Origin: Candidatus Micrarchaeota archaeon
GTDB lineage: Archaea; Micrarchaeota; Micrarchaeia; Anstonellales; Bilamarchaeaceae
DNA: 58,466 bases
NCBI GenBank assembly: GCA_043812915.1
Contig: JBDRLQ010000005.1
Span: 1-58,466 of the forward strand
Direction of reading: 5' to 3'
Of this stretch, positions 18,281-27,666 are shown piece after piece. Numbering within the stretch: the stretch's first letter is position 1; each line of letters starts with the position of its first letter. Under the pieces are notes generated by a model. It was not told where the DNA came from. It was given only the letters and a program-made list of their open reading frames with translations, and did not search any database. A program made the position numbers and the translations under genes.

Positions 18281-20125
18281 ATGGTAAACACATGCACCCC
18301 TATGGATCAGGAGGATTTCGAGAATGCGGCAGCTTCTCTTCGTTTCAGGTTCAATCCAAGCAACAAATTCAAGGAGCGATGGGACAAGGCAGTCAGGATT
18401 ACTGAAGAGGGCCAGGTCATCATAAAGGACGCCAACCTATTTGACGCGATTATGCGGATGCCCCTTTGGCAGCTGCATGGAAATGCCATACTTGTTGAGA
18501 AGGAAGATGCGGAAGGGACATTCAGGCAACTCTCAAGCTCAAGGTGGGTCCTGACAAGCCTCGGCCTTCACCCGACAGTTGAGAGCGACCTCCTTGTGGA
18601 CAGGCGCGTGGATGTTGCCGGAGTGCTCCTTGAGATTGCCAATGACGAAGAGGAATCCGAGCGCATTGACGGGACTGATTACAATTACCCTGGAGGGGTG
18701 AATCCCGCAAGGGTTATCTATGCCCTCAAGATCCTGGAGCATGTCGCCACCCATTCAACAGAGGTCAACCTTTACGGTTGCGATATCAAGGCGGGCGAGG
18801 AAGACACCGCGTATAACGAGTCGGTGGTGCCAGCAAGGGGGCATATGGCAATCCACAAGCTATCCCAGCACCTCTCTCCGGTTTCCGGGGATGGCAAGTT
18901 CCAGGCCAGCTCAATGTTCATGCATGTCGTGGGGCTTCACGTGCTCAAGAATATATTCCTCGAGATGAAGGCGCTGATAAAGCCCGAGCTCTTCGAGAAA
19001 CGGATTGAGGTTTTCGGCCAGAAGCCCATTGTCGGGAAAAGCGAGCTCATAATCAACCCGTGGACCGAGCTTCTCCATTCCATGTCTGGCCATAACCTGC
19101 TGGAAGCGCTTGCCCACTGCACAGAAAGCAATTACGGGACAGAGAGGCTCGCCGAGCTTCTGGTGTTCTCCCTGGCAACAGAGCTCGCAACGGTCCGTGA
19201 CACTGAAGGGCCGGTCCAGATGATTCTGGGAACGCAGGCGATTCCGTTCGGGATGACGACGCTCGGCAGCGCTCTTCCGGCAAAAACCGGGAACGGGCAT
19301 GCGCTAATCACACAGAGGATGATAGAGATGTACCAGGGCATCTATGAGCTGTTCAAGCTCCCCCCGGTGCTTCCCTATCTTGGATTCTCCATGCTTGAGG
19401 ATCCCCAAGGGCTCCAGGTTGTTGGAGACAGCCCGCCTATAATCCCCGTCCCCAATTTCCACAATGATGATATCCGCAGAATAGCTATAAGGTTTCTTGG
19501 AAACACAAACCACAAGCTCGCAGTCGGAGGGCTTGTCCTTGCCGTTGCGAACTTAATTGCTCCCTTCATGCACAGCGACCCTGCGCAGGTGCCCCCGACA
19601 ATCCGGAAGAATGTTACCACTCTCTTCGCAAGCCTTACCGAGGCCTGCGCTGGATGCGGACTTCCGGGCAACATGCTCGGCTCGGCGCTTCTGTACCCTG
19701 ATTCCCTTTATGGGGATGATGGGGAGCTTGCCGCGGGGCTTATCAATCCAGAGACATTCAACGCGGTAGCTCCGCTTGTAGTCAGCGCCCAGGTGCGGGC
19801 AATGGGCATCAGGGAAGACCTTGGCATCTCGGATGGCAATGGCCATTCCGAGCAGCCCTTATGGAAGCTCACAAAAGACATGCTTACTATCGCAAGGAGA
19901 AAGACCCTTAATGGCGGTGACAACAGCGAACAGGCCAGGATTGGCAGGTTTAAGGCCGGGCTTACAAGCCCCTGCACCGAGCAGATGATGGCGGCAACCG
20001 GCCTTAAGCGGGATATTCACGAGGTTGTTCTTACGATGGGCGGCCTTGCGATTAAGGCGCAGCGCACCGCCCTCAAGCAGCAGGGGCCGAAGCAGAGGGC
20101 CTGGTTGTTGTCAGGAAGGGTATAA
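18281..20125 (+). CDS. Hypothetical protein (~615 aa)
   Basis: Long ORF with an upstream TATA-like CTATAAAA and AGGAG RBS; no family recognised. Confidence 0.7.
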   Translation: MVNTCTPMDQEDFENAAASLRFRFNPSNKFKERWDKAVRITEEGQVIIKDANLFDAIMRMPLWQLHGNAILVEKEDAEGTFRQLSSSRWVLTSLGLHPTVESDLLVDRRVDVAGVLLEIANDEEESERIDGTDYNYPGGVNPARVIYALKILEHVATHSTEVNLYGCDIKAGEEDTAYNESVVPARGHMAIHKLSQHLSPVSGDGKFQASSMFMHVVGLHVLKNIFLEMKALIKPELFEKRIEVFGQKPIVGKSELIINPWTELLHSMSGHNLLEALAHCTESNYGTERLAELLVFSLATELATVRDTEGPVQMILGTQAIPFGMTTLGSALPAKTGNGHALITQRMIEMYQGIYELFKLPPVLPYLGFSMLEDPQGLQVVGDSPPIIPVPNFHNDDIRRIAIRFLGNTNHKLAVGGLVLAVANLIAPFMHSDPAQVPPTIRKNVTTLFASLTEACAGCGLPGNMLGSALLYPDSLYGDDGELAAGLINPETFNAVAPLVVSAQVRAMGIREDLGISDGNGHSEQPLWKLTKDMLTIARRKTLNGGDNSEQARIGRFKAGLTSPCTEQMMAATGLKRDIHEVVLTMGGLAIKAQRTALKQQGPKQRAWLLSGRV

Positions 20126-20186
20126 AATGCATCTTAACATTTTTTCATAAGGTTTAAAAAGCACTTTTGCTCCCAATGGGATAGGT

Positions 20187-20789
20187 ATGGTAGTGGTTCC
20201 GAAGGTGAGGCGCGGGCTGAACCTTTACAATCCGGATGGGCATGGCTCCCTGTCAAGGGCACTGGATGTCAAGAATCCAGGCACGCTTCAAGGAAGGAGA
20301 ATGATTTCCGGCGTTGTCAGCACAGTCCTTACAGAGAGGTACTCTAACGCTGCCGTAGCTGATTTTGTCAAGGTCTCCAAAACCCGCGAGGGCGGAGAGA
20401 GGGCTCTTCGCGCAGTCACTTTTGCCGCAGCGGACATGCTCGGAGAGCATGGAAACACCGGACGGAACGCGCGGGAGCTTATGGAGAGAACTCTTCCCGA
20501 ACTGGGGGATGGAGGCAAGGCAAGGATGAGGGAAAAACTCCTTTCGATTGTCAATGCCGACACCACCACAGTGACCAAGAGGTCAGAGGCAGTGAATCTT
20601 CTCTCAAAACTTCTAAGGGGAGCCGATGCGGCAACCCGGCAGTCGATGCAGAGCGCGGTTGAGAATGCGTTCTTCCAGAGAAAGAAGCTTACTCCTGATG
20701 CCTTCTACGGATTCCAGAGCGCGGTACAGGCATCTGACAGGCTCAGAAAGCCGCTGGACATGCCACTCACAGACCGCCAGGTCGCCTAG
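20187..20789 (+). CDS. Hypothetical protein, probably helical
   Basis: 200-aa ORF with TTTAAAAA TATA upstream; no family recognised. Confidence 0.65.
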   Translation: MVVVPKVRRGLNLYNPDGHGSLSRALDVKNPGTLQGRRMISGVVSTVLTERYSNAAVADFVKVSKTREGGERALRAVTFAAADMLGEHGNTGRNARELMERTLPELGDGGKARMREKLLSIVNADTTTVTKRSEAVNLLSKLLRGADAATRQSMQSAVENAFFQRKKLTPDAFYGFQSAVQASDRLRKPLDMPLTDRQVA

Positions 20790-20809
20790 TTTTCACACGG
20801 TGCGCTTGA

Positions 20810-21082
20810 ATGGAAAGGCTACACATCATTATCACTGGCAAGGTTCAGGGGGTGTTTTTCAGGGCCAATGCCAAAGAGCAGGCTGACCGGCTTGGCGTAA
20901 AAGGCTTTGTCCAGAATCTCTGCGACGGCGGCGTGGAAGTTATCGCGGAAGGCGAGCGCAAAGATTTGGAAGAGCTGCTTGACTGGTGCTATCACGGCCC
21001 TGCAGAGGCAAAAGTCACCGATATCGAGTTCGGCTGGCTGCAGCCGAAGAATGAGTTCCGGTCTTTTGAGATAAGGAGATAA
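20810..21082 (+). CDS. acyP: Acylphosphatase
   Basis: GKVQGVFFR signature; GFVQNLCDGGVEV; GPAEAKV. Confidence 0.93.
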   Translation: MERLHIIITGKVQGVFFRANAKEQADRLGVKGFVQNLCDGGVEVIAEGERKDLEELLDWCYHGPAEAKVTDIEFGWLQPKNEFRSFEIRR

Positions 21083-21529
21083 TTATCTTATTATCTGGAC
21101 ACTGTCAAAGAGCACGCGTGAGATCCTCTCCACAGTCTCTATTGCCCCTCTGGCACTCTCATTCTCTGCCAGTTTGCGGACAATGCCTGCAAGGTCCCCG
21201 GCAAAAGAAAGGAACCCTTTGCCCTCTTCCTTTACCGTGACATCCAGGTTCGGATCCTTCCGGTTCACAACCCGCGGCTTTTCCGGTGTGCCTTCCATAA
21301 GATGCCTGCCATCAACTTCCACTCTATATTTGGCTGGAAATGGGGAGAATATGTTATGCCTGCCTGTTATGGAAACTCTCACACCCGCAATGTTCAATTC
21401 CGCAGAGGCCCTCCTGAATATCCGTCCTCTCTTGTAGATGCTGATTCCTGTGCCCTGCTGTGCATTCGGCTCTGTGAATCCTATAGTCTTCGTTGCCTCT
21501 CTCGCTCTTGCCATCACCATGAAAATCAC
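21083..21529 (-). CDS. Hypothetical protein
   Basis: 148-aa ORF convergent with acyP, TTATAAAC TATA upstream on the minus strand; start uncertain. Confidence 0.6.
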   Translation of the reverse strand: MIFMVMARAREATKTIGFTEPNAQQGTGISIYKRGRIFRRASAELNIAGVRVSITGRHNIFSPFPAKYRVEVDGRHLMEGTPEKPRVVNRKDPNLDVTVKEEGKGFLSFAGDLAGIVRKLAENESARGAIETVERISRVLFDSVQIIR

Positions 21530-21614
21530 TGTCCTGGTGATTCTAAGTGTATAGGAATGTTTATAACTGCTTTTTTCTGGCCTTGTGGGATCTTTCCTCA
21601 GAAAACTTGCGCTT

Positions 21615-22001
21615 TTAGCCCTTCAGAACGCTGCTCCTCTTACGCGGATCCGAGTGGCCCCTTGCGAATTTGGAGCTCTTTAGCCTGTCGGTAAGCATAT
21701 CAAGTTCCTCAAGCTCAATTGCCTCCTGGTACCTGTCCCTGGCCTCATCAGGAATGGTAAGAAGCTTCCCGTCATTGAAGCAGAGCATGTTGCCCTCAGC
21801 ATCCGTGACCGAATCAAGCAGGTACGCCATGGCCGAGATTTTTTCAGGGGTGTCTTTTGGAAGAATCACAAGCGGGCCCTCATTTTTCTCAAGCCTCCGG
21901 TGAATCATCTCAAGAACGCTTGCAAGCTTTGCCCTCTCCTCCATGCTGAATCCGTGCTTCTCAAGCCATGCAACGGCATCCTCGTTGAATCTCAATGTCA
22001 T
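21615..22001 (-). CDS. Hypothetical protein
   Basis: 128-aa ORF with AGGTGA RBS upstream of ATG. Confidence 0.65.
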   Translation of the reverse strand: MTLRFNEDAVAWLEKHGFSMEERAKLASVLEMIHRRLEKNEGPLVILPKDTPEKISAMAYLLDSVTDAEGNMLCFNDGKLLTIPDEARDRYQEAIELEELDMLTDRLKSSKFARGHSDPRKRSSVLKG

Positions 22002-22078
22002 CTTGGGTCACCTTCAATTCGAGCTTCAATTACGAATTGCAATAGAAGAAATAAATATCTATTCTTCGTTTCTCATCC

Positions 22079-23803
22079 ATGCTTCGTTTTTCAGAGGTTG
22101 CACATACCTTCCAGCGCCTGGAGGAGAAGTCCGGCAGGCTGGAGATGACCGACATCCTCGCTGAGCTTCTGAAGAAAGCGGAGGCGGACGAAGTTGACAA
22201 GCTGGTCTATCTTATCCAGGGGATTCTGGCCCCCCCATACGAAGGGGTGGAACTCGGGGTTGGGGAGAAGTTCGCGATTGAGGCCATCGCGGCATCTGCC
22301 GGGTATCCAAGCTCCCAGGTGGAGCGCCACTACAAGAAGAGCGGGGACCTGGGCCTGACCGCCGAGGAGCTGCTCTCAAAGAAGAAGCAGATGGCCCTTT
22401 CCACCAAGGAGATGGACCTGAAAGATGTCTTTAGCTCTCTGCTCAAGGTGGGCACTTCCTCCGGCTCGGGCAGCCAGGATCGTAAAATAAAGCTGCTCAC
22501 CGAAATGCTGAACAATTCCTCCCCGCTTGAGGCGAGATTCATAGTCCGCTTCGCCCTCGGCCGCCTGAGATTGGGCGTCGGGGACCCGACCATTCTGGAT
22601 TCAATCTCAGTTGCCCACGCGGGCGACAAATCACTGCGCGAGGAGCTTGAGCGCGCGTACGATATCTGCTCTGACATGGGCTTTGTTGCCAGGCAGTTCT
22701 ATGAAGACCCTGGGAGCATCAGTAAGCTTAAGGTGCAGCCATTCAAGCCCCTGATGCCCGCTTTGGCAGAGCGCCTTAGCAGCCCGGAGCAGATCATCGG
22801 CAAAATCGGCAAGTGCGGGGTGGAAGCGAAATATGACGGCTTCCGCCTGCAGTGCCACAGGAAAGGGGATGATGTCCAGCTATATTCAAGGAAGCTCGAA
22901 GTGATGACCCACATGTTCCCGGACGTAGTTGAGGCGATAAAAAAGCTCAGGGCCAAGGACATAATCTTCGAGGCCGAGGCGCTCGCGTACAACGAGAAGG
23001 CAAAGCGCTACTTCTCCTTCCAGCAGACCATGCACAGGAGGAGGAAGCACGGAATCGACAAGGCGTCCAAGGAGCTTCCGCTCAACCTCTTCTGCTTCGA
23101 CATCCTCTATCTCAATGGCAAGGACCTGACCAACGAGCCGTATGCAAAAAGAAGGAAGCATCTGGAGAAAGTCTTCAAGAGAGGGATACTCATTCCGAGC
23201 AAGCTGCTGATTACGGATGACTCCAAGAAAGTGGAGGAGGTATTCCAGGATTCGCTCAAAGAAGGGCTCGAGGGAATCATCGCCAAGGACCTGAAGGCGC
23301 CGTATGCCGCCGGAAAAAGGAAGTTCGCATGGATAAAGCTCAAGAAATCATACGGCAAGTCGGTCGACACCCTCGATGGCGTCATTGTCGGATACTTCCT
23401 GGGAAAAGGCTCGCGTGCAGAATTCAAGTTCGGAGGTCTGCTTGTCGCGGTGAACAACCAGGACACCGGAAAGCTGGAGACGGTCGCGAAGATTGGCTCG
23501 GGATTCACCGAAGATGAGATGTCATTGCTTCGGGGGATGCTGCACAGCATAAAGACCCCCAAGCCGCCAAAAGACCTGGAATACCGGATTGAGCCTGATT
23601 TCTGGGTGATTCCGAAGTATGTAGTCGAGGTCGCCTTTGATGAGATTACGAAGTCGCCCACACATACCTGCGGGATTAAGGACGAGAAGGGCTATGCCTT
23701 GAGGTTCCCGAGGATGATAAGCCTGCGCGATGACAAGAGTGTAAAAGAAGCGAGCACTACAGATGAAGTAATCGAGATGTTCGAGCTGCAGCACTCAAAG
23801 TGA
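22079..23803 (+). CDS. lig: ATP-dependent DNA ligase
   Basis: EAKYDG adenylation motif, EGIIAK, WIKLKK, LRFPR; N-terminal DNA-binding domain. Confidence 0.96.
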   Translation: MLRFSEVAHTFQRLEEKSGRLEMTDILAELLKKAEADEVDKLVYLIQGILAPPYEGVELGVGEKFAIEAIAASAGYPSSQVERHYKKSGDLGLTAEELLSKKKQMALSTKEMDLKDVFSSLLKVGTSSGSGSQDRKIKLLTEMLNNSSPLEARFIVRFALGRLRLGVGDPTILDSISVAHAGDKSLREELERAYDICSDMGFVARQFYEDPGSISKLKVQPFKPLMPALAERLSSPEQIIGKIGKCGVEAKYDGFRLQCHRKGDDVQLYSRKLEVMTHMFPDVVEAIKKLRAKDIIFEAEALAYNEKAKRYFSFQQTMHRRRKHGIDKASKELPLNLFCFDILYLNGKDLTNEPYAKRRKHLEKVFKRGILIPSKLLITDDSKKVEEVFQDSLKEGLEGIIAKDLKAPYAAGKRKFAWIKLKKSYGKSVDTLDGVIVGYFLGKGSRAEFKFGGLLVAVNNQDTGKLETVAKIGSGFTEDEMSLLRGMLHSIKTPKPPKDLEYRIEPDFWVIPKYVVEVAFDEITKSPTHTCGIKDEKGYALRFPRMISLRDDKSVKEASTTDEVIEMFELQHSK

Positions 23804-23812
23804 CAGAGGCAA

Positions 23813-24289
23813 CTATCCGATTTTTCTTATTGTAACTACATTTTTCAGGTCGCCAAGGCCCCATTCGTTGAATGCCTTCGGGACGCTTATTGCGATGACC
23901 AATCCCCTTCCAGAATCCCCCAGGACATCGACATTCCCAAGGGAGATTGCCATCCCTTTTCGCCCTCTTCCCTGGAGAAGCCCCACAACAGTCTCGCCCT
24001 CGCGCTTTTCTGTTTCTGTACCTGTTATCCGGCTTTCCTCCATGCTCTCTTTTTTGTATGATGCAATAAACGTGCCAATTTCATTGCCGCGGACTCCGTT
24101 TAGCCTGCTTTCGTATTTCGTGCGCTGCCAGCCTGGCAGGTCATCTCGCGTCAATCCTTCTGCCGCAACTTCGCGCAAGGGGTGGAATTTCGCCAATCCC
24201 CTGAGGAATGGCTTTATCCTCTTTGATGCCCCGTAAGGCGTACTCCTGATGTTCATGCCTAAAGTTAGCGTTCTAATCCTGCCTTCCAA
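23813..24289 (-). CDS. Hypothetical protein
   Basis: 158-aa ORF filling the gap between lig and pepA, with TTTATAAA upstream. Confidence 0.55.
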   Translation of the reverse strand: MEGRIRTLTLGMNIRSTPYGASKRIKPFLRGLAKFHPLREVAAEGLTRDDLPGWQRTKYESRLNGVRGNEIGTFIASYKKESMEESRITGTETEKREGETVVGLLQGRGRKGMAISLGNVDVLGDSGRGLVIAISVPKAFNEWGLGDLKNVVTIRKIG

Positions 24290-24381
24290 TAAATCACATC
24301 CACAGTTCTATATTATGGATAACACTTTATAAACATGCCCGCTTTGCAGAAAATTTAAAACATATGCTTCGAAATCAGCTT

Positions 24382-25839
24382 ATGAAAGTCGAATCTAAGA
24401 AATCCAGGCTGAAGGATGTTACTGATGAGCTGCTCGCCGTTCTAGTTTTCCAGAAAGAGAAGCTGCCAACGGAGGTTGCGCAGTTCGCAAAAGGGCTGAC
24501 GAAGGAGCAGTTCGAGGGGAAACTAATGCAGGCGTATTCCACCTCAACCCTCGGAAAGTCCAAAGCGGGAAGGGTTCTTATCATCGGCCTCGGGGAGCAG
24601 AAGGAGTTTGAGCCTGATTTCCTCCGGAGGGCCGCTGGCCTGGCCGTCCGCTACTGCAAAGGGGCAAAGATAGCGAGCGCGTCAATAATGGTCCCTGAAA
24701 TCAAGGGGCAGGATGTCGAGAACCTGGCCGGGGCGCTAACCGAGGGGGCAATCCTCGCAGATTACAAATTCACCAACTACAAGAGCGATAAGAAGGGCAT
24801 CTTCAACATGGTGAGGATGACGCTTGTTTCAATGAAGGATGGCGCTGCAAGGAAGGGAATCGCAAGGGGGATGATAATGGCCGGGGCGCAGAATTTCGTG
24901 CGCGAAACCGATGAGCAGCCGGCGAACGTCATGACCCCGAGGAAAGTTGCCGAAGTCGCAAAGGAGCTTGCCAAGCGGCAGAAGCTCCATTTCAAGGCAT
25001 ATGATGAGAAGGAAATGAAGAAGATGGGGATGAACGCGCTTCTTGCGGTCGGCCAGGGGAGCGAGGAGCCATCAAGGCTTGTGATGCTCGAGTACAACAA
25101 GGGCAGGAAGCTTCCCCTCTACGTTATTGTTGGCAAGGGGGTGACCTTCGATTCCGGAGGGATTTCGCTAAAGCCGTCAAAGAACATGCACGAGATGAAA
25201 TACGACAAATCAGGGGCAATTGTTGTCCTTGGCATCATGAAGGCGGTCTCCGAGCTGAAATTGCCAATCAGGTTAGTAGGTCTTATGCCCTGCGTGGAAA
25301 ACGTGCCATCTGGCAGCGCCCAGAAGCCAGGGGACATTGTGGCAGCTTCCAACGGCAAGACAATCGAGGTGCTCAACACCGATGCTGAAGGAAGGATGAT
25401 TCTCGCTGACGCGCTCGCTTTCGGCGCGAAGATGAAGCCCAAGGCGATGATTGATCTGGCCACGCTCACAGGTGCCATGGTGGTATGCCTTGGAAGCCAC
25501 GCAATCGGCTGCTTCACGAATGATGACAAGCTAAATAGCGCGCTTGAGAATGCGGGCAACGCGACTCATGAGCGGGTGTGGCGCCTGCCAATCTGGAAGG
25601 AATATGGCGAGATGATAAAGGCCGAGTTTGCCGATATCAAGAACATTTCAGAAACCGGCCAGGCAGGATCAATTACCGCGGCGATGTTCCTGAAGGAATT
25701 CATCGGTGACACCAAATGGGCGCACCTTGACATCGCGGGCGTCGAATCCATGTCCGCCCCCCATCCTTACCTTGATAAAGGAGCGACGGGGATAGGCGTG
25801 AGGCTTGTGACCGAAACGCTTTCCAGGCTCTCCAAATAG
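24382..25839 (+). CDS. pepA: Leucyl aminopeptidase (M17)
   Basis: VGKGVTFDSGG, MKYDKSG, NTDAEGR signature, DLATLTGA, WAHLDIAG. Confidence 0.95.
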   Translation: MKVESKKSRLKDVTDELLAVLVFQKEKLPTEVAQFAKGLTKEQFEGKLMQAYSTSTLGKSKAGRVLIIGLGEQKEFEPDFLRRAAGLAVRYCKGAKIASASIMVPEIKGQDVENLAGALTEGAILADYKFTNYKSDKKGIFNMVRMTLVSMKDGAARKGIARGMIMAGAQNFVRETDEQPANVMTPRKVAEVAKELAKRQKLHFKAYDEKEMKKMGMNALLAVGQGSEEPSRLVMLEYNKGRKLPLYVIVGKGVTFDSGGISLKPSKNMHEMKYDKSGAIVVLGIMKAVSELKLPIRLVGLMPCVENVPSGSAQKPGDIVAASNGKTIEVLNTDAEGRMILADALAFGAKMKPKAMIDLATLTGAMVVCLGSHAIGCFTNDDKLNSALENAGNATHERVWRLPIWKEYGEMIKAEFADIKNISETGQAGSITAAMFLKEFIGDTKWAHLDIAGVESMSAPHPYLDKGATGIGVRLVTETLSRLSK

Positions 25840-25841
25840 CA

Positions 25842-26117
25842 TCAGAGTTCGAATTCCTCTATGAATCCCAGGATTACCCTGTATCTGGAGAGGAATGAGA
25901 ATCCTTTCTCAGTGAGGCCGACACTCTTTCTGCCTTTTTTGTCAATTTCTTCCTTTATCAGCCCCTTTTCCAGAAGCTCCTTGTAGTACTCAGAGAAGCT
26001 CTGCGATGAAATGTTCGTGTAGCGCAGCAGAGGGGTCGGCTTGATTGTATTGCCGTGGTCCTGGATTATCTTGAGGACTGTGAAAATTATCTCCAGCCTG
26101 TCCCTTTTCTTTGCCAT
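25842..26117 (-). CDS. Winged helix-turn-helix protein (archaeal ArnR1/HTH_45-like)
   Basis: KRDRLEII..VL, PTPLLRYTNIS, ELLEKGLI, LTEKG..FL pattern. Confidence 0.82.
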   Translation of the reverse strand: MAKKRDRLEIIFTVLKIIQDHGNTIKPTPLLRYTNISSQSFSEYYKELLEKGLIKEEIDKKGRKSVGLTEKGFSFLSRYRVILGFIEEFEL

Positions 26118-26119
26118 TT

Positions 26120-26797
26120 TCAGGATAACCTCCTGCGGACCCTCAAGAAGAATGACGTGAATACGGCGGCAGATACAAGGTATAGGAATATCTTGACTAT
26201 GAATGGCAGCATGACCATTATCACAATCGCGCTGATTGCCCAGAATGCAAACAGCAGCAGAAGCGATATCCTGTTCATCGTGAATGTCGTTTTTCCCTTG
26301 GATGAGCGGAGCAGGAACACCGTGGAGACGAGCATAAGCAGAATCTGGAGCAGAAGCATTATCTCATATGATTTCGTAACGAAAATGACCACAGAGAATA
26401 CTATCGCCCCTGCATGTATGAGCGCCTCGGGCGGCTCGAACTTCTTCTCCATGCAGCGGTGCAGGCTTGTGAGAATCAGGTATATCACCGCCATGGTGCT
26501 GAAATACCCAAGCAGCAGGAAATCCAGGTAGAATGTCTTTTCCCACAGGTTTATCCCCAGCATCATTTCAGAAGTTGAAGAGAAGACGTTCCAGAGCCTC
26601 AGCAGGTATGCTAGGGAAAAGAAGAGGAAAATATTGGAGAAATAATCCACTCCCTTGTGCTTTGTGAGGTTATATATCTCCCTGGACTTGAAATAGATAT
26701 ACATGCTCATTGCCACTATCGCGATGAAGTATATCAGCTCAATTCCGATAAATTCCAGGGGCGGCCCCTGGAAGAAAATCCTGGGTTTCATCCGCAT
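26120..26797 (-). CDS. Multi-pass membrane protein (~7 TM)
   Basis: About seven hydrophobic segments; 2 nt upstream of the wHTH gene. Confidence 0.75.
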   Translation of the reverse strand: MRMKPRIFFQGPPLEFIGIELIYFIAIVAMSMYIYFKSREIYNLTKHKGVDYFSNIFLFFSLAYLLRLWNVFSSTSEMMLGINLWEKTFYLDFLLLGYFSTMAVIYLILTSLHRCMEKKFEPPEALIHAGAIVFSVVIFVTKSYEIMLLLQILLMLVSTVFLLRSSKGKTTFTMNRISLLLLFAFWAISAIVIMVMLPFIVKIFLYLVSAAVFTSFFLRVRRRLS

Positions 26798-26919
26798 GAT
26801 AATCTTTCCCTGCTTTTAAAATGCATGTGGACGCAAAATGCACATCTTCTCTCCTTTTTCTTTAAATAGCCGCTTTGCTGCCATCTCTTTCGAGGACCTG
26901 TTCCTCATGAGGTGAAAAT

Positions 26920-27576
26920 ATGAAGAAAGGAATTGCGATAGGCCTTGCGGCCCTGACCGCGCTCAGCGCCGCGGCATATGCGGGATTTGGGATGGAAGCA
27001 ATGGGAGGGAAGCCTGTTCTGGGGCACAATGAAGAGCTAAGAGAAGCCCTTGACAGCGGGAGCTACCAGGACTTCGTTGATGCCCTTTCGGAAGTGAATC
27101 CGGGGATGGCAGATGACATGACGGAGGAGCGCTTCAACGAGATGGTCGGGAGGACGGAGGCCAAGGCTGAAGTGCAGAATGCAATGGATGCCGGGGACTA
27201 CGATGCATTCGTTGATGCCCTCACCAAGGTCAATCCCAGCGCTGCTGATGGAATGACTATGGAGAGGTTCAGCGAGATGGTCCAGCATCAAGCGGTAAGG
27301 TCTGCGATTGAGGATGCCGTTGAGAACCATGATTACGATGCATGGGTGGAAGCGGCCCTAAAGCTCCCCAACGGCCAGGCCTTGGTGGAGATAGTCGATG
27401 CGGATGACTTCGAGACCCTAATCGGGCTGCACCAGTCCCGGATGAACTCTGGATTCGAGGATCCGGGCATTCTTCCCGGGCTGCTCGGCATGGGAAAGGG
27501 CCCGGGCAAAGGCATGGGCCCGGACGGAAGGGGGATGGGCAGAGGGCCGGGAATGGGCCTGCCTTCCGAGAAATAG
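26920..27576 (+). CDS. Secreted acidic helical-repeat protein with Gly/Met/Pro-rich tail
   Basis: Sec-type signal peptide MKKGIAIGLAALTALSAAAYA; three internal repeats; GAGGTGA RBS and TTTAAATA TATA. Confidence 0.78.
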   Translation: MKKGIAIGLAALTALSAAAYAGFGMEAMGGKPVLGHNEELREALDSGSYQDFVDALSEVNPGMADDMTEERFNEMVGRTEAKAEVQNAMDAGDYDAFVDALTKVNPSAADGMTMERFSEMVQHQAVRSAIEDAVENHDYDAWVEAALKLPNGQALVEIVDADDFETLIGLHQSRMNSGFEDPGILPGLLGMGKGPGKGMGPDGRGMGRGPGMGLPSEK

Positions 27577-27608
27577 ACTCTCCTTGCGGATACAAGGGAA
27601 AAAGGGTT

Positions 27609-27655
27609 CGGAGCTTTGGAGGCCCTTGGATTGCGGGCCTCCACTCCGGATTTTT
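27609..27655 (+). terminator. Hairpin plus T-tract between convergent genes
   Basis: Perfect 9-bp stem TGGAGGCCC/GGGCCTCCA, extended by CGGAG/CTCCG and followed by TTTTT. Confidence 0.55.
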
Positions 27656-27666
27656 CTGATTAGGAA

